A DNA stretch of 64,000 nt from an uncultured Alphaproteobacteria bacterium (GCA_963763295.1 CAVXOH010000017.1:7465-71464); one strand, 5' to 3'; shown: positions 20,266-30,478, numbered from the stretch's first letter. The notes: a model not told the origin generated them from the letters alone. Program-made: numbers and translations.

Positions 20266-21501
20266 CTACGCCGCGGCTTCCTCGGCATGGTGCTTGGCGA
20301 GCAGCGCTTCGGCGTTCTGCATCACCTTGCGCACGCCGCGGGCCGCCTGGCGGATCCGGTGCTCGTTCTCGACGAGGCCGAGGCGGACATAGCCCTCGCC
20401 GTACTCGCCGAAGCCGACGCCGGGCGCCACGGCGACCTCGGCCTCCCGAAGCAGGATCTTCGAGAAGCCCATCGAGCCGATGCCGGCATAGGGCTCGGGC
20501 ACCGGCGCCCAGGCGAACATGGTCGCGGGCGGCGAGGGGATGTGCCAGCCCGCCCGGCCCATCGAGTCGATCAGGACGTCGCGCCGGTGCCGGTAGGTGC
20601 CGCGGATCTCGGCGACGCAGTCCTGCGGGCCGTTCAGCGCGGCGGCCGCGGCGACCTGGACCGGTGTGAAGGCGCCGTAGTCGAGGTAGGACTTGATCCG
20701 GGTCAGCGCGTCGACCAGCCGTGGATTGCCGACCGCGAAGCCCATCCGCCAGCCCGGCATCGCGTAGGTCTTGGACAGCGAGGTGAACTCGACGGCCACG
20801 TCCTTCGCACCTTCGATCTCGAGGATCGAGGGCGGCGGGACGCCGTCGAAGTAGATCTCGGCGTAGGCGAGGTCGGAGAGCACCCAGAGGTGGTGCTTCT
20901 TCGCGAAGGCGATCAGCGCGCGGTAGAAGTCGAGGTCGCAGACCTGCGCCGTCGGGTTCGATGGGAAGGAGACGACGAGCGCCACCGGCTTCGGCACCGA
21001 GTGGGTGACGGCGCGGTCGAGCGCGCGCAGGTACTGCTCGGGATCGAACCGGCCGTCGTGCAGCGCCGGCACGTGGCGCAGCGTGCCGCCGGCGATCATG
21101 AAGCCGTAGGGGTGGATCGGGTAGCTCGGGTTCGGCACCAGCATCACGTCGCCCGGCGCGGTGATCGCCATCGCGAGGTTGGCGAGCCCCTCCTTGGAGC
21201 CGAGCGTCGCGATCACCTCGGTCTCGGGGTCGAGCGTCACGCCGAAGCGGCGGGCGTAGTAGCCGGCTTGGGCGCGGCGCAGCCCCGGGATGCCCTTCGA
21301 GGCCGAATAGCGGTGGGTGCGCGGGCGGCGCACCGTCTCGACCAGCTTTTCCACTATATGGGAGGGCGTATCCATGTCCGGATTGCCCATGCCGAAGTCG
21401 ATGATGTCCATCCCCTCGGCGCGATAGCGGGCCTTGAGGCGGTTGACCTCGGCGAAGACGTAGGGCGGCAGGCGCTTGATGCGGTAGAACTCTTCGGACA
21501 T
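20266..21501 (-). CDS. PLP class I/II aminotransferase (AlaC / LL-diaminopimelate aminotransferase-like)
   Basis: LPPYVF, GMGNPD, FPSNPT, SDLAY, SLSKTYAMPGWRMG. Confidence 0.93.
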   Translation of the reverse strand: MSEEFYRIKRLPPYVFAEVNRLKARYRAEGMDIIDFGMGNPDMDTPSHIVEKLVETVRRPRTHRYSASKGIPGLRRAQAGYYARRFGVTLDPETEVIATLGSKEGLANLAMAITAPGDVMLVPNPSYPIHPYGFMIAGGTLRHVPALHDGRFDPEQYLRALDRAVTHSVPKPVALVVSFPSNPTAQVCDLDFYRALIAFAKKHHLWVLSDLAYAEIYFDGVPPPSILEIEGAKDVAVEFTSLSKTYAMPGWRMGFAVGNPRLVDALTRIKSYLDYGAFTPVQVAAAAALNGPQDCVAEIRGTYRHRRDVLIDSMGRAGWHIPSPPATMFAWAPVPEPYAGIGSMGFSKILLREAEVAVAPGVGFGEYGEGYVRLGLVENEHRIRQAARGVRKVMQNAEALLAKHHAEEAAA

Positions 21502-21612
21502 CGCTGGGGCTCGGCTGGCTCAGGCCGCCTTATACGACCGGGCCGGCGCGAAGGACAGGGCGATATGAACCCGCGCCCGACGCCGCCGGGCGCGGCGTCG
21601 GGACAGCCCGCT

Positions 21613-22473
21613 TCAGCGGCCGAAGGTCGCGAACGGGATGTTCCGGTCGCGGTGGTCGCCGCCGGCGGCGGCGGCGAAGTAGGCAGCGGCGGCGCAAACC
21701 ATCAGCGTCGCCGCGACGACGAAGGCGCCGATGGCGGTGGCGACGCGGATCTGCTCGGCCCGCTCGAGCGCCGCGTCGTAGAGCTCCTGCACCTGCGTCC
21801 GCGCGGCGTCGACCGCGGCCGCGGCCTCCTCCGGCGTCTGCCCGGTCCGCTCGGCCACGATCGACGCGGCGTAGTCGCGGTCCTCGGCGGAGAGCTCGCC
21901 GTCGGCGAGGCTGCGGGTGATCACCGCGACCACGTCCTGCCGGGCGCCGGTGTCCTCGGCGCCGCCGCTGCCGAGCAGGCGGCCGCCGATGAAGTCGACG
22001 TCGCCGCCGACGGCCTCGGCCGCGGTCTGCGCCACGGTGCCGGCGGCGGAGCCGGCCGCGCCGACGACCCCCGAAACGCCGCCGACCGCGAGCACGGCGC
22101 CGACGAGCGCGGCGGTCGCCCAGACGAGGACGCCGTGCGCGCCGTCGCGGGTCTCGGCTTCGTCGATGCCGACCCCGGGCAGCGTGCGGCGCATCCTCCC
22201 GGCCAGGTAGCCGCCGGCGGCGAAGCTGGTGACCGCGACCCAGACGAACCAGGCCCCGGACGCGATCGCGAGCCACCGCAGCGACGCGCCCTCGCCGGGG
22301 TCGAACGAGGTGATCGACAGGCCGATCCCCGAGCCGAAGGTGAAGAGGACGAAGGACAGCGCCACGGCGAGCGCGGTGCCGGCGAGGATCGCCGGCCAGT
22401 CGACGTAGCCGTCCATCACGAGGCCGCTGCGCAGCGCGGCATCGGTGGAGGCGGGGGCGGCGGGGTGGGTCAC
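21613..22473 (-). CDS. Hypothetical multi-TM membrane protein
   Basis: VDWPAILAG, GSGIGLS, GGYLAGR, RDGAHG; GTG start with GGAG SD. Confidence 0.8.
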   Translation of the reverse strand: MTHPAAPASTDAALRSGLVMDGYVDWPAILAGTALAVALSFVLFTFGSGIGLSITSFDPGEGASLRWLAIASGAWFVWVAVTSFAAGGYLAGRMRRTLPGVGIDEAETRDGAHGVLVWATAALVGAVLAVGGVSGVVGAAGSAAGTVAQTAAEAVGGDVDFIGGRLLGSGGAEDTGARQDVVAVITRSLADGELSAEDRDYAASIVAERTGQTPEEAAAAVDAARTQVQELYDAALERAEQIRVATAIGAFVVAATLMVCAAAAYFAAAAGGDHRDRNIPFATFGR

Positions 22474-22498
22474 GGCAGCACTCCCTGGCATCACGGCC

Positions 22499-22573
22499 TC
22501 AGGCCAGTCCGACGAGGGAGAGCAGCGCGAGCACGATCACGACAAGGCCGACCAGATAGATGATGCTGTGCAT
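22499..22573 (-). CDS. 24-aa single-helix small membrane protein
   Basis: MHSIIYLVGLVVIVLALLSLVGLA with a strong AAGGAG SD. Confidence 0.75.
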   Translation of the reverse strand: MHSIIYLVGLVVIVLALLSLVGLA

Positions 22574-22642
22574 GGAGTGGTCTCCTTTGCGGGTGCGGCC
22601 CGCCGGCCGGAACGGCGGCTGGGACGCGCTTTGCGTCCGGAC

Positions 22643-22667
22643 AATGCGGCGTCGACCGATTCGTTCC
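22643..22667 (-). promoter_or_regulatory. EcfG/RpoE2-type general stress promoter candidate
   Basis: Minus strand GGAAC-N16-CATT upstream of the small ORF. Confidence 0.5.
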
Positions 22668-22671
22668 CGCC

Positions 22672-22986
22672 TCAGCCGCCGGCCGCCTCGAGGCGCGGGC
22701 GGTCGGTCGGGTCGACGACCGGCGCCGACAGGCCGGCGGCGCGCGCCCGCAGCGCCTCGGCGCGGGCGGACAGCGCGGCGGCCCCGGCTTCGAGCCGCTC
22801 GGCATCGGGCGCGGCGCTGGCGAGCGCCGCATCGAACGCCGCCGTCGGCCCGAGCCGGGGCGGCGGCGCGGTCCGGGCGGCCTCGGACACCGGCGCGATC
22901 GCCTCGCGCGGCGCGCCGCAGGCGAGGAGCGCCGCCATCACCAGGAGGCCGGCAGTCGCGGGCGGCACGGCACGGCGAGGTCGCAT
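22672..22986 (-). CDS. Putative lipoprotein
   Basis: Lipobox LLAC and an Ala-rich helical body. Confidence 0.6.
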   Translation of the reverse strand: MRPRRAVPPATAGLLVMAALLACGAPREAIAPVSEAARTAPPPRLGPTAAFDAALASAAPDAERLEAGAAALSARAEALRARAAGLSAPVVDPTDRPRLEAAGG

Positions 22987-23075
22987 TGCTCTCTTTCTGG
23001 GCAAACCCCGGGTTGCAGGCTAGTATCGGCGCGATCGCCGCGCGCGGCAAGGCGCGGCCCTCGAGGGAGGATCGG

Positions 23076-24911
23076 ATGAGCGAAGCGAAGGACGCCGAGA
23101 CGCTGGCCGAGCAGGGAAAGCTCGTGGCGCACAACATGGCCGAGGTCTTCGACATCTCGAGCCAGATCTGGCAGACCTTCCTCGCCAGCCAGCTGCAGGA
23201 GGGGGGACCCAGGAACCCCGACCCGCTCAACACCTGGCCGACCTTCGCCGCGCTCTACCGCACGATGTGGGACAACCCGCGCCAGGTCGCCGACATGACG
23301 ATCGAGTTCTGGGCGGCCCAGCAGCAGCTCTGGCAGAACTCGATGCTGAAGTGGCTCGGCTCCAAGGAGGCGGTCGAGGACCTGAAGCTGCCGCACATGA
23401 TGAAGGCCGACAAGCGCTTCGCCCATAAGGAGTGGTCGGAGAACGCGCTCTTCGAGTACCTCAAGCAGTCGTACCTGCTGACCTCCGGCTGGATCCAGGA
23501 CGGCGTCAGCACCGTCGGCGAGATGGATCCGAAGGAGCGCAGGAAGGCGGCGTTCTACACCCGCTACTTCGTCGAGGCGATGAACCCGGCCAACTTCTTC
23601 GCGCTCAACCCCGAGGTGCTCGAGGCCACCGCCGAGCAGAAGGGCGAGAACCTGGTCCGCGGCCTGAAGATGATGCTGAAGGACCTCGAGCGCGGCAAGG
23701 GCAAGCTCCTGATCCGGCAGACCGACATGGACGCCTTCGAGGTCGGGCGCAACACCGCGGTCTCGCCGGGGGCGGTCGTCTTCGAGAACGACCTGATCCA
23801 GCTCATCCAGTACGCCCCGGCGACCGAGAAGGTCTACGCCAGGCCGCTCCTGATCATCCCGCCCTGGATCAACAAGTACTACATCCTCGACCTCAACCCG
23901 AAGAAGAGCCTCGTCAAGTGGCTGGTCGAGCAGGGCCATACCGTCTTCGTCGTCTCCTGGGTGAACCCCGACGCGCGGCACGGGTCGAAGTCCTGGGAGG
24001 ACTACATGTTCGAGGGCGGGCTGACCGCCATCGAGAAGGCGCTCGAGGAGACCGGGCAGAAGAGCCTGAACCTCGCCTCGTACTGCGTCGGCGGCACGAT
24101 GGGCGGCACGCTGATGGCCTGGCTCGGCAAGACCCGCGACAAGCGGGTCGCGAGCGCGACCTTCTTCACCGCGCAGCTCGACTTCGAGGACGCGGGCGAG
24201 CTGCAGATCTTCGTCGACGAGCACATCCTCGAGGTGGTCGGCGAGGACATGGAGAAGGGCTACATGCCGGCCGACCGGATGGCCAACGCCTTCAACATGC
24301 TGCGAGCCAACGACCTGATCTGGGGCTACATGGTCTCGAACTACATGCTCGGGAAGGACCCGTTCCCGTTCGACCTGCTCTACTGGAACGCGGATTCGAC
24401 GGCCATGCCGGCGCGCGCGCACCGCTTCTACCTCGAGCGGTTCTACATCCGCAACGCCTTCGCCAAGGGCGAGCTCACGGTGCGCGGCGAGCCGATCACG
24501 CTCGCCGACATCCGCGGGCCGGTCTATCACGTCGCGACCAAGGAGGATCACATCGCGCCCGCCGCCTCGGTCTATCGCGGCGCCAAGGAGATGACCCGGG
24601 CCGACCTGCGCTTCGTCCTGTCGGGCTCCGGGCACATCGCCGGGGTGGTGAACCCGCCGATCCTCGGCAAGTACCAGTTCTGGACGAACCCCGACATGTC
24701 GAAGCCGACGCTCGACGAGTGGCTCGCCGGCGCCGAGGAGACCGCGGGGAGCTGGTGGCCCGACTGGAACGCCTGGCTCAAGGCACGCTCCGGCCGGCAG
24801 GTGCCCGCGCGCGAGCCAGGCACCCGGCTCGGCGTGGTCGAGCCGGCGCCGGGCTCCTACGTCAAGGTGCGCTTCGACGCGCCGGCCGCCCTTCCAGCCG
24901 CCGGCAGTTGA
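23076..24911 (+). CDS. phaC: Class I polyhydroxyalkanoate synthase
   Basis: PPWINKYYILDL, SYCVGGT lipase box with catalytic Cys, FDLLYWNAD, EDHIAP, SGHIAG. Confidence 0.97.
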   Translation: MSEAKDAETLAEQGKLVAHNMAEVFDISSQIWQTFLASQLQEGGPRNPDPLNTWPTFAALYRTMWDNPRQVADMTIEFWAAQQQLWQNSMLKWLGSKEAVEDLKLPHMMKADKRFAHKEWSENALFEYLKQSYLLTSGWIQDGVSTVGEMDPKERRKAAFYTRYFVEAMNPANFFALNPEVLEATAEQKGENLVRGLKMMLKDLERGKGKLLIRQTDMDAFEVGRNTAVSPGAVVFENDLIQLIQYAPATEKVYARPLLIIPPWINKYYILDLNPKKSLVKWLVEQGHTVFVVSWVNPDARHGSKSWEDYMFEGGLTAIEKALEETGQKSLNLASYCVGGTMGGTLMAWLGKTRDKRVASATFFTAQLDFEDAGELQIFVDEHILEVVGEDMEKGYMPADRMANAFNMLRANDLIWGYMVSNYMLGKDPFPFDLLYWNADSTAMPARAHRFYLERFYIRNAFAKGELTVRGEPITLADIRGPVYHVATKEDHIAPAASVYRGAKEMTRADLRFVLSGSGHIAGVVNPPILGKYQFWTNPDMSKPTLDEWLAGAEETAGSWWPDWNAWLKARSGRQVPAREPGTRLGVVEPAPGSYVKVRFDAPAALPAAGS

Positions 24912-24959
24912 CCGCAACTCCCGCCGGCCTGGGCCGGCGGAGAGCCGGCATCGTGCGCA

Positions 24960-25265
24960 GGAGCGAATCGAGGCGCCGCCGTTCGGCGCGCTTCGCGCTG
25001 CTGCTTGCATCCGACCGAAGCGGACCTTGGTCCGCGAGTTCCGGCCCGATCGGCCGACGGTCCAGTGGACCGTCGGCCGGGCCGTCGCCCGGAGCGCCAG
25101 CGCGGAGGGCGAGGGGGGTGCTGCCTGAACCGTCGGTCTCCAAGCCGGGCGCGGTCGCCCCGGGTGGCCGCGGCCGGCTTCGTCGACGGCCGAAGCCGGC
25201 AGGCGGCACCGTCCCGCAAGACGTCAGGCCGGGCGCTGGCGGACCCGGCGCAAAGGGTCAGGACA
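24960..25265. repeat. Multi-hairpin palindromic REP/MITE-like segment (family D)
   Basis: Perfect stems CGGCCGACGGTCC-agt-GGACCGTCGGCCG (25051-25079), GCGGACC-tt-GGTCCGC, GCCGGCTTCG-N8-CGAAGCCGGC; single copy in the window. Confidence 0.6.
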
Positions 25266-25274
25266 GAAGGCCAC

Positions 25275-25332
25275 TAGTTTGCGTTGTGCATGCCCCGTGC
25301 ATGAGCGGATCCCGCCATGTGGCTGTCGACGC
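25275..25332. repeat. 11-bp-array element, family B copy 2
   Basis: GTGCATG at 25286 and 25297, plus the flank shared with copy 1. Confidence 0.75.
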
Positions 25333-25365
25333 GGAGTTAATCCGCTCCGGCGCCCGAGGCCCGGC

Positions 25366-26662
25366 TCAGAGGCCGGGATAGATCGGGAAGCGGTCGCAGA
25401 GCGCCCTGACCTGCGCCTTGACGCCGGCCTCGACCTCTGCGTTGCCCTGCGGGCCGTTGGCGGCGAGGCCGTCGACGACCTGGACGATCATCGCTCCGAT
25501 CTGCGCGAACTCCGCCGCCCCGAAGCCTCGCGTCGTGCCGGCCGGCGTGCCGAGACGGACCCCGGAGGTGATCGTCGGCGGCTGCGGGTCGAACGGGATG
25601 CCATTCTTGTTGCAGGTGATGTGCGCCCGGCCGAGCGCGGCCTCGGCGTCCTTGCCGGTGACGTTCTTCGGGCGCAGGTCGACGAGCATCAGGTGGGTGT
25701 CGGTGCCGCCGGTGACGATGTCGAGCCCGCCCTTCATCAGCGTGTCCGCCAGCACCTGGGCGTTCTCCACCACCTGCGCGGCGTAACCGGCGAAGTCGGG
25801 ACGCAGCGCCTCGCCGAAGGCGACCGCCTTGCCGGCGATGACGTGCATCAGCGGGCCGCCCTGCAGGCCCGGGAAGATCGCCGAGTTGATCTTCTTGGCG
25901 ATGCCCTCGTCGTTGGTCAGGATCATGCCGCCGCGCGGCCCGCGCAGCGTCTTGTGCGTAGTCGTGGTGACGACGTGCGCGTGCTCGACCGGGTTCGGAT
26001 GCTGGCCGCCGGCGACGAGCCCGGCGAAGTGCGCCATGTCGACCATCAGGTACGCGCCGACCGAGTTCGGCGATCTCGCGGAACCGGGCGAAATCGATCC
26101 GCCGCGGGATCGCCGAGCCGCCGGCGATGATCAGCTTCGGCCTGTGCTCGGCCGCGAGCGTGGCGACGTCCTCGTAGTCGAGCCGCGAATCCTGCTTGCG
26201 CACGCCGTAGTGGACCGGCTTGAACCACTTGCCCGACATGTTGGGCTTGGCGCCGTGGGTCAGGTGGCCGCCTGACGCGAGGTCCATCGCGAGGAAGGTG
26301 TCGCCGGGCTGGAGCAGCGCGAGAAAGACGGCCTGGTTGGCCTGGCTGCCCGAGTTCGGCTGCACGTTGGCGAAGCCGGCGCCGAACAGGTTGCAGGCGC
26401 GCTCGATGGCCAGGTTCTCGGCGACGTCGACGAACTGGCACCCGCCGTAGTAGCGCCGGCCCGGGTAGCCCTCGGCGTACTTGTTGGTCATCACCGAGCC
26501 CTGCGCCTCGAGGACGGCGCGGCTCACGATGTTCTCCGAGGCGATCAGCTCGATCTCGTCGCGCTGGCGGGTCAGCTCGTCGCGGATCGCGCCGAAGATC
26601 GCCGGGTCGCGGGTGGCCAGATCGTCGGCGAAGAAGCCGCTGTCGGGAAGGATGTCTTTCAC
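25366..26662 (-). CDS. glyA: Serine hydroxymethyltransferase (one +1 frameshift near 26065)
   Basis: [29 protein letters not shown], then DMAHFAGLV and [13 protein letters not shown] in the next frame. Confidence 0.96.
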
Positions 26663-26820
26663 GGGCGCACCTCATCGGCTCGGGTCGGGCGTCAGATACC
26701 GCGAATACCGGGTCCGGGGAACCCGGAAAAACGGGGCGCCGCGGCGGCTCCGGCGACGGGTCTTGAGTTCGCAGGGGCGGCAGGCGAGAGTGGCGCACCT
26801 CGAGCGGCGGAGCGGACCCC

Positions 26821-27585
26821 TTGCCTTTCCCGCGGATTCACTTCGTGGCGAGCCCCGTCGCGATCGCCGAGGAAGCCCGCGACCGGCTGATCGCCCGGCA
26901 TGGCCAGAGCACGATCGAGGCGGCCGACGTGATCGTGGCGCTCGGCGGCGACGGCCTGATGCTCACCACCCTGCACGCGACCGAAGGGCTCGGCATCCCG
27001 GTCTACGGCATGAACCGCGGCACCGTCGGCTTCCTGATGAACACCTACGGCGAGGACGCCCTGGTCGAGCGGCTGGCGGCGGCCGAGGAAGCGGTGCTCA
27101 ATCCGCTCAGGATGCGGGCGACCCGCGCCGACGGCTCGGTGGTCGAGGCGCTGGCGATCAACGAGGTCTCGATCCTGCGCTCCGGACCGCAGGCGGCGAA
27201 GCTGCGCATCCTCGTCGACGGCCGCGAGCGCCTGGCCGAGCTCGTGGCCGACGGCGCGCTCGTCTGCACCCCGGCCGGCTCCACCGCCTACAACTACTCG
27301 GCACACGGGCCGATCCTGCCGATCGGCGCGGGGATCCTCGCGCTGACGCCGATGGCGGCGTTTCGGCCGCGGCGCTGGCGCGGCGCGCTGCTGCCGAAGG
27401 CGGCCAGGGTGGTCTTCGAGGTCAGGGAAGCCGACAAGCGGCCGGTGTCGGCCGTCGCCGACTCGGCCGAGGTCCGCGAGCCCGTGAGGATCGAGGTCGA
27501 GAGCGTCCCGACCCTGCGCCACCGCATCCTCTTCGACCCCGGCCACGGCCTCGAGGAGCGGCTGATCCAGGAGCAGTTCGTCTGA
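26821..27585 (+). CDS. nadK: NAD kinase
   Basis: [34 protein letters not shown]; TTG start. Confidence 0.95.
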   Translation: MPFPRIHFVASPVAIAEEARDRLIARHGQSTIEAADVIVALGGDGLMLTTLHATEGLGIPVYGMNRGTVGFLMNTYGEDALVERLAAAEEAVLNPLRMRATRADGSVVEALAINEVSILRSGPQAAKLRILVDGRERLAELVADGALVCTPAGSTAYNYSAHGPILPIGAGILALTPMAAFRPRRWRGALLPKAARVVFEVREADKRPVSAVADSAEVREPVRIEVESVPTLRHRILFDPGHGLEERLIQEQFV

Positions 27586-27682
27586 CGGTGCGCAGCGCAC
27601 GGGCGCGCCTCGATGCCTGCGGATCACCCCACCTCATCGGGGACCGGCTGAACGGCTCGGTCTTCCCGACTTCGGCGGCCGG

Positions 27683-27797
27683 CGTTAACGATCCAATCCT
27701 GACCGTTTCAGGTGCCATATGGATTCCATATGCATTCCATACGCGTTCCAGATCGAGCGAATCCCCGTAAACCTTTGGCATCGAAGCCTTCACCCGG
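27683..27797 (+). repeat. 115-bp 11-bp-array element, family A copy 1
   Basis: 106/115 identical to the reverse complement of 45761-45875; four TTCCATAYG-type units at 11-bp period. Confidence 0.95.
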
Positions 27798-27805
27798 AGC
27801 CCGCC

Positions 27806-30478
27806 TCAGAGGTCGAGCCGTGATCTCACCACCCCCGGCTCGGTCACGTCGAGCTCGGTTGCGAACCCGAGCCGCTGGATCAGGCCGCGCATCCCGCGGT
27901 TTTCGGCCAGCACGATGCCCTCGACCCGCTCGAGCCCGTCGGCGCGCGCATAGTCGATCAGGATCCGCATCAGCGCCGCGCCGATCCCGCGGCCCTGCAG
28001 GTCGGAGCGCACCAGGAGCGCATACTCGCCGGACCGGTGGTCGGGGTCGCAGGCGAGCCGCGACACGCCCGCGAGCTCGCCCTCCGGCGTCAGCGCCACG
28101 AAGGCGATCTCGCGGTCGTAGTCGAGCTGGGTGAGCCGCAGCGCCAGCTCCTGCGGGAACTGCCGCCGCGGCGCCATGAACCGCAGCCGCAGATCCTCGG
28201 GCGCGGTATGGGCGAGGAACGCGGGATAGAGGAGCGCGTCCGCCGGCCGGATCGGACGAATGTCATAGCTGGCCTCCGGCCGGTCGATGCGGCGGCGCCA
28301 TTCCGCCGGATAGGGCCGGATCGCCAAATCCGGGTTGGGCGCCCGGCGCTCGAGGTCGGCGGGGTCGATCTCGATCCGGGCGTCGAGCGCGAGCACCCCG
28401 TCGGCATCGGCGAGGAGCGGGTTGACGTCGAGCGTGCGCAGGCAGGGGAAGTCCTCGACGAGATGCGAGAGGGCGACGAGCGCCGCGTGCAGCGCCGGGA
28501 GATCGGCCGGAGGGCGGCCGAGGAAGCCTGCGAGCACCGCGCCGACCCGCGTCCGCTCGATGAGGTCGGCGGCGAGCCCGGCATCGAGCGGCGGCAGTGC
28601 CACCGCGGTGTCGCCGAGGAGCTCGACCGCCACCCCGCCGGCGCCGAACAGGATCACCGGCCCGAAGACGGGGTCGCGCCCGACGCCGAGAATCAGCTCC
28701 TGCGCATCGGCCCTGCGGATCATCGGCTGCAGCACGAAGCCGTCGGGCACCGCCCCGGGCACCGCCTGCGCGAGCCGGGCGGCGATGCCCTCGGCCGCCC
28801 GCTCGGCCTCGACGGCCGAGGCGACGTCGAGCACCACGCCGCCGATGTCGGACTTGTGGCTGACCTCGCGCGACAGGACCTTCACCGCCAGCCGGCCGCC
28901 GGCGGCCAGCATCGCCGCGGCGACCTGCCCGGCCTCGGCCGGCGTGCGGGCGATCCGGCCGGCGGGCGATGGAATGCCGTAGGCGCCGAGCGCCGCCTGC
29001 GCCTCCGGCGCGGTCAGCAGGCTCCGCCGCTCGCGGGCGACGGCGGCGAAGATCGCCGCGACCTCCGCCCGCGCGCCCGGCGCCGCGTCGGCGCCGTCCC
29101 CGGCGCGGCGGTCGGGGACGCGAAGCAGCGCCGCCTGCGCCTTGCCCCAGTCGGTCAGGTGCCCGACCGCGGCCGCGGCGGTCGACGGCGTGTCGTAGCT
29201 GGCGACGCCGCCCTCGCGCAGCACTGCCCGCGCGGCGCGTGCGGCGCTGCCGCCCATCCAGCAGGCGAGGACGGGCTTGCCCGCGATCAGGCCGCGCTCG
29301 GCGCAGCCGGCGATCACCGCGGCCGCCGCGCCGGCGTCGGCGAGCGCCGAGGGCGTGTGCATGACCAGGATGGCGTCGACGCCGGCATCGGCGGCGACGG
29401 CCTCGACGGCGGCGAGATAGCGATCGGGCGCGGCATCGCCCATGAGGTCGACCGGGTTCGCGCCGCTCCACCGGGACGCCAGCGCGGCGCCGAGCCCGGC
29501 GAGCGTTTCCACCGCGAGCTCGGCGAGCTGGCCGCCGTCGGCGTGAAGCCGGTCGAGCGCGAGCACCCCGGCGCCGCCGCTGTTGGTGACGACGCCGAGG
29601 CGCGCCCGCTCCATCGGCCGGAAGCGCGCCGCCGTCTCGGCCGCCGCCAGCAGCTCGGAGAGGCCGCTCACCCTGAGCACCCCCGCTCGGCGCAGCGCCG
29701 CGTCGACGACGGCGTCGGCGCCGGACAGCGCCCCGGTATGGGTCGCGGCGGCCCGCGCGGCCTCCACCCCGCGCCCGGCCTTGAGCGCCACCACCGGCTT
29801 CAGCCGCGAGGCCGCGCGCGCGGCCGAGAGGAGCTTGCGCGGCGCGGGCACGCTCTCGAGATAGACGAGGATCGCCCGGGTCCGCGCGTCCCCGGCCAGA
29901 AGGTCGAGGCAATCGCCGACGTCGACGTCGGCCATGCCCCCGAGCCCCATCACCTGGCTGAAGCCGATGCCGTGCTCGGCCGCCCAGTCGAGCAGCACCG
30001 ATGCGATCGCCCCCGACTGCGAGACGAGCGCGAGCCGCCCGGGCTCGGCGGCGGTGCCGGCGAGGCTTGCGTTCAGCCGCGCCTCCGGCACGATGACCCC
30101 GAGCGCGTCCGGCCCGATCACGCGCAGCAGGTGCGGGCGGGCCGCGTCGAGCATCGCCTGGCGCGCCGCGGGGTCGAGGCCCCCCGTCACCACCACCGCC
30201 ACGCGGCAGCCGCGGGCGCCGAGCGCGGCGACCGCCGCCGGCACCTCCGCCGGAGGCGTGGCGACGACGCCGAGGTCGGGCACGCCCGGCAACGCCGCGA
30301 CGTCGGGGAAGCACGGCAAACCGCGCATGGCGGCAGGGCCGGGACCGACCGGCCAGACCGGGCCCTCGAAGCCGCCGGCGACGATGTTGCCGAGCACGAG
30401 CCGGCCCGGGCTCGGGTCGGCCCCGATCACCGCGACCGAGCCCGGATGCAGCGCCGCCCCGAGGTTGCGTATGCTCAT
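27806..30478 (-). CDS. pat: Acyl-CoA synthetase (NDP-forming)-GNAT fusion, Pat/PatZ-type protein lysine acetyltransferase
   Basis: SQSGA, DVDVGD, KAGR, HTGAL, NPVDL, ATP-grasp region DPVFGP, C-terminal GNAT (DYDREIAFVA, QGRGIG). Confidence 0.92.
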   Translation of the reverse strand: MSIRNLGAALHPGSVAVIGADPSPGRLVLGNIVAGGFEGPVWPVGPGPAAMRGLPCFPDVAALPGVPDLGVVATPPAEVPAAVAALGARGCRVAVVVTGGLDPAARQAMLDAARPHLLRVIGPDALGVIVPEARLNASLAGTAAEPGRLALVSQSGAIASVLLDWAAEHGIGFSQVMGLGGMADVDVGDCLDLLAGDARTRAILVYLESVPAPRKLLSAARAASRLKPVVALKAGRGVEAARAAATHTGALSGADAVVDAALRRAGVLRVSGLSELLAAAETAARFRPMERARLGVVTNSGGAGVLALDRLHADGGQLAELAVETLAGLGAALASRWSGANPVDLMGDAAPDRYLAAVEAVAADAGVDAILVMHTPSALADAGAAAAVIAGCAERGLIAGKPVLACWMGGSAARAARAVLREGGVASYDTPSTAAAAVGHLTDWGKAQAALLRVPDRRAGDGADAAPGARAEVAAIFAAVARERRSLLTAPEAQAALGAYGIPSPAGRIARTPAEAGQVAAAMLAAGGRLAVKVLSREVSHKSDIGGVVLDVASAVEAERAAEGIAARLAQAVPGAVPDGFVLQPMIRRADAQELILGVGRDPVFGPVILFGAGGVAVELLGDTAVALPPLDAGLAADLIERTRVGAVLAGFLGRPPADLPALHAALVALSHLVEDFPCLRTLDVNPLLADADGVLALDARIEIDPADLERRAPNPDLAIRPYPAEWRRRIDRPEASYDIRPIRPADALLYPAFLAHTAPEDLRLRFMAPRRQFPQELALRLTQLDYDREIAFVALTPEGELAGVSRLACDPDHRSGEYALLVRSDLQGRGIGAALMRILIDYARADGLERVEGIVLAENRGMRGLIQRLGFATELDVTEPGVVRSRLDL

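Noticed and set aside
26663-26820. ZMP/ZTP riboswitch upstream of glyA
   Set aside because: The GACTGGCG and GCCTGGGC conserved elements are not present.
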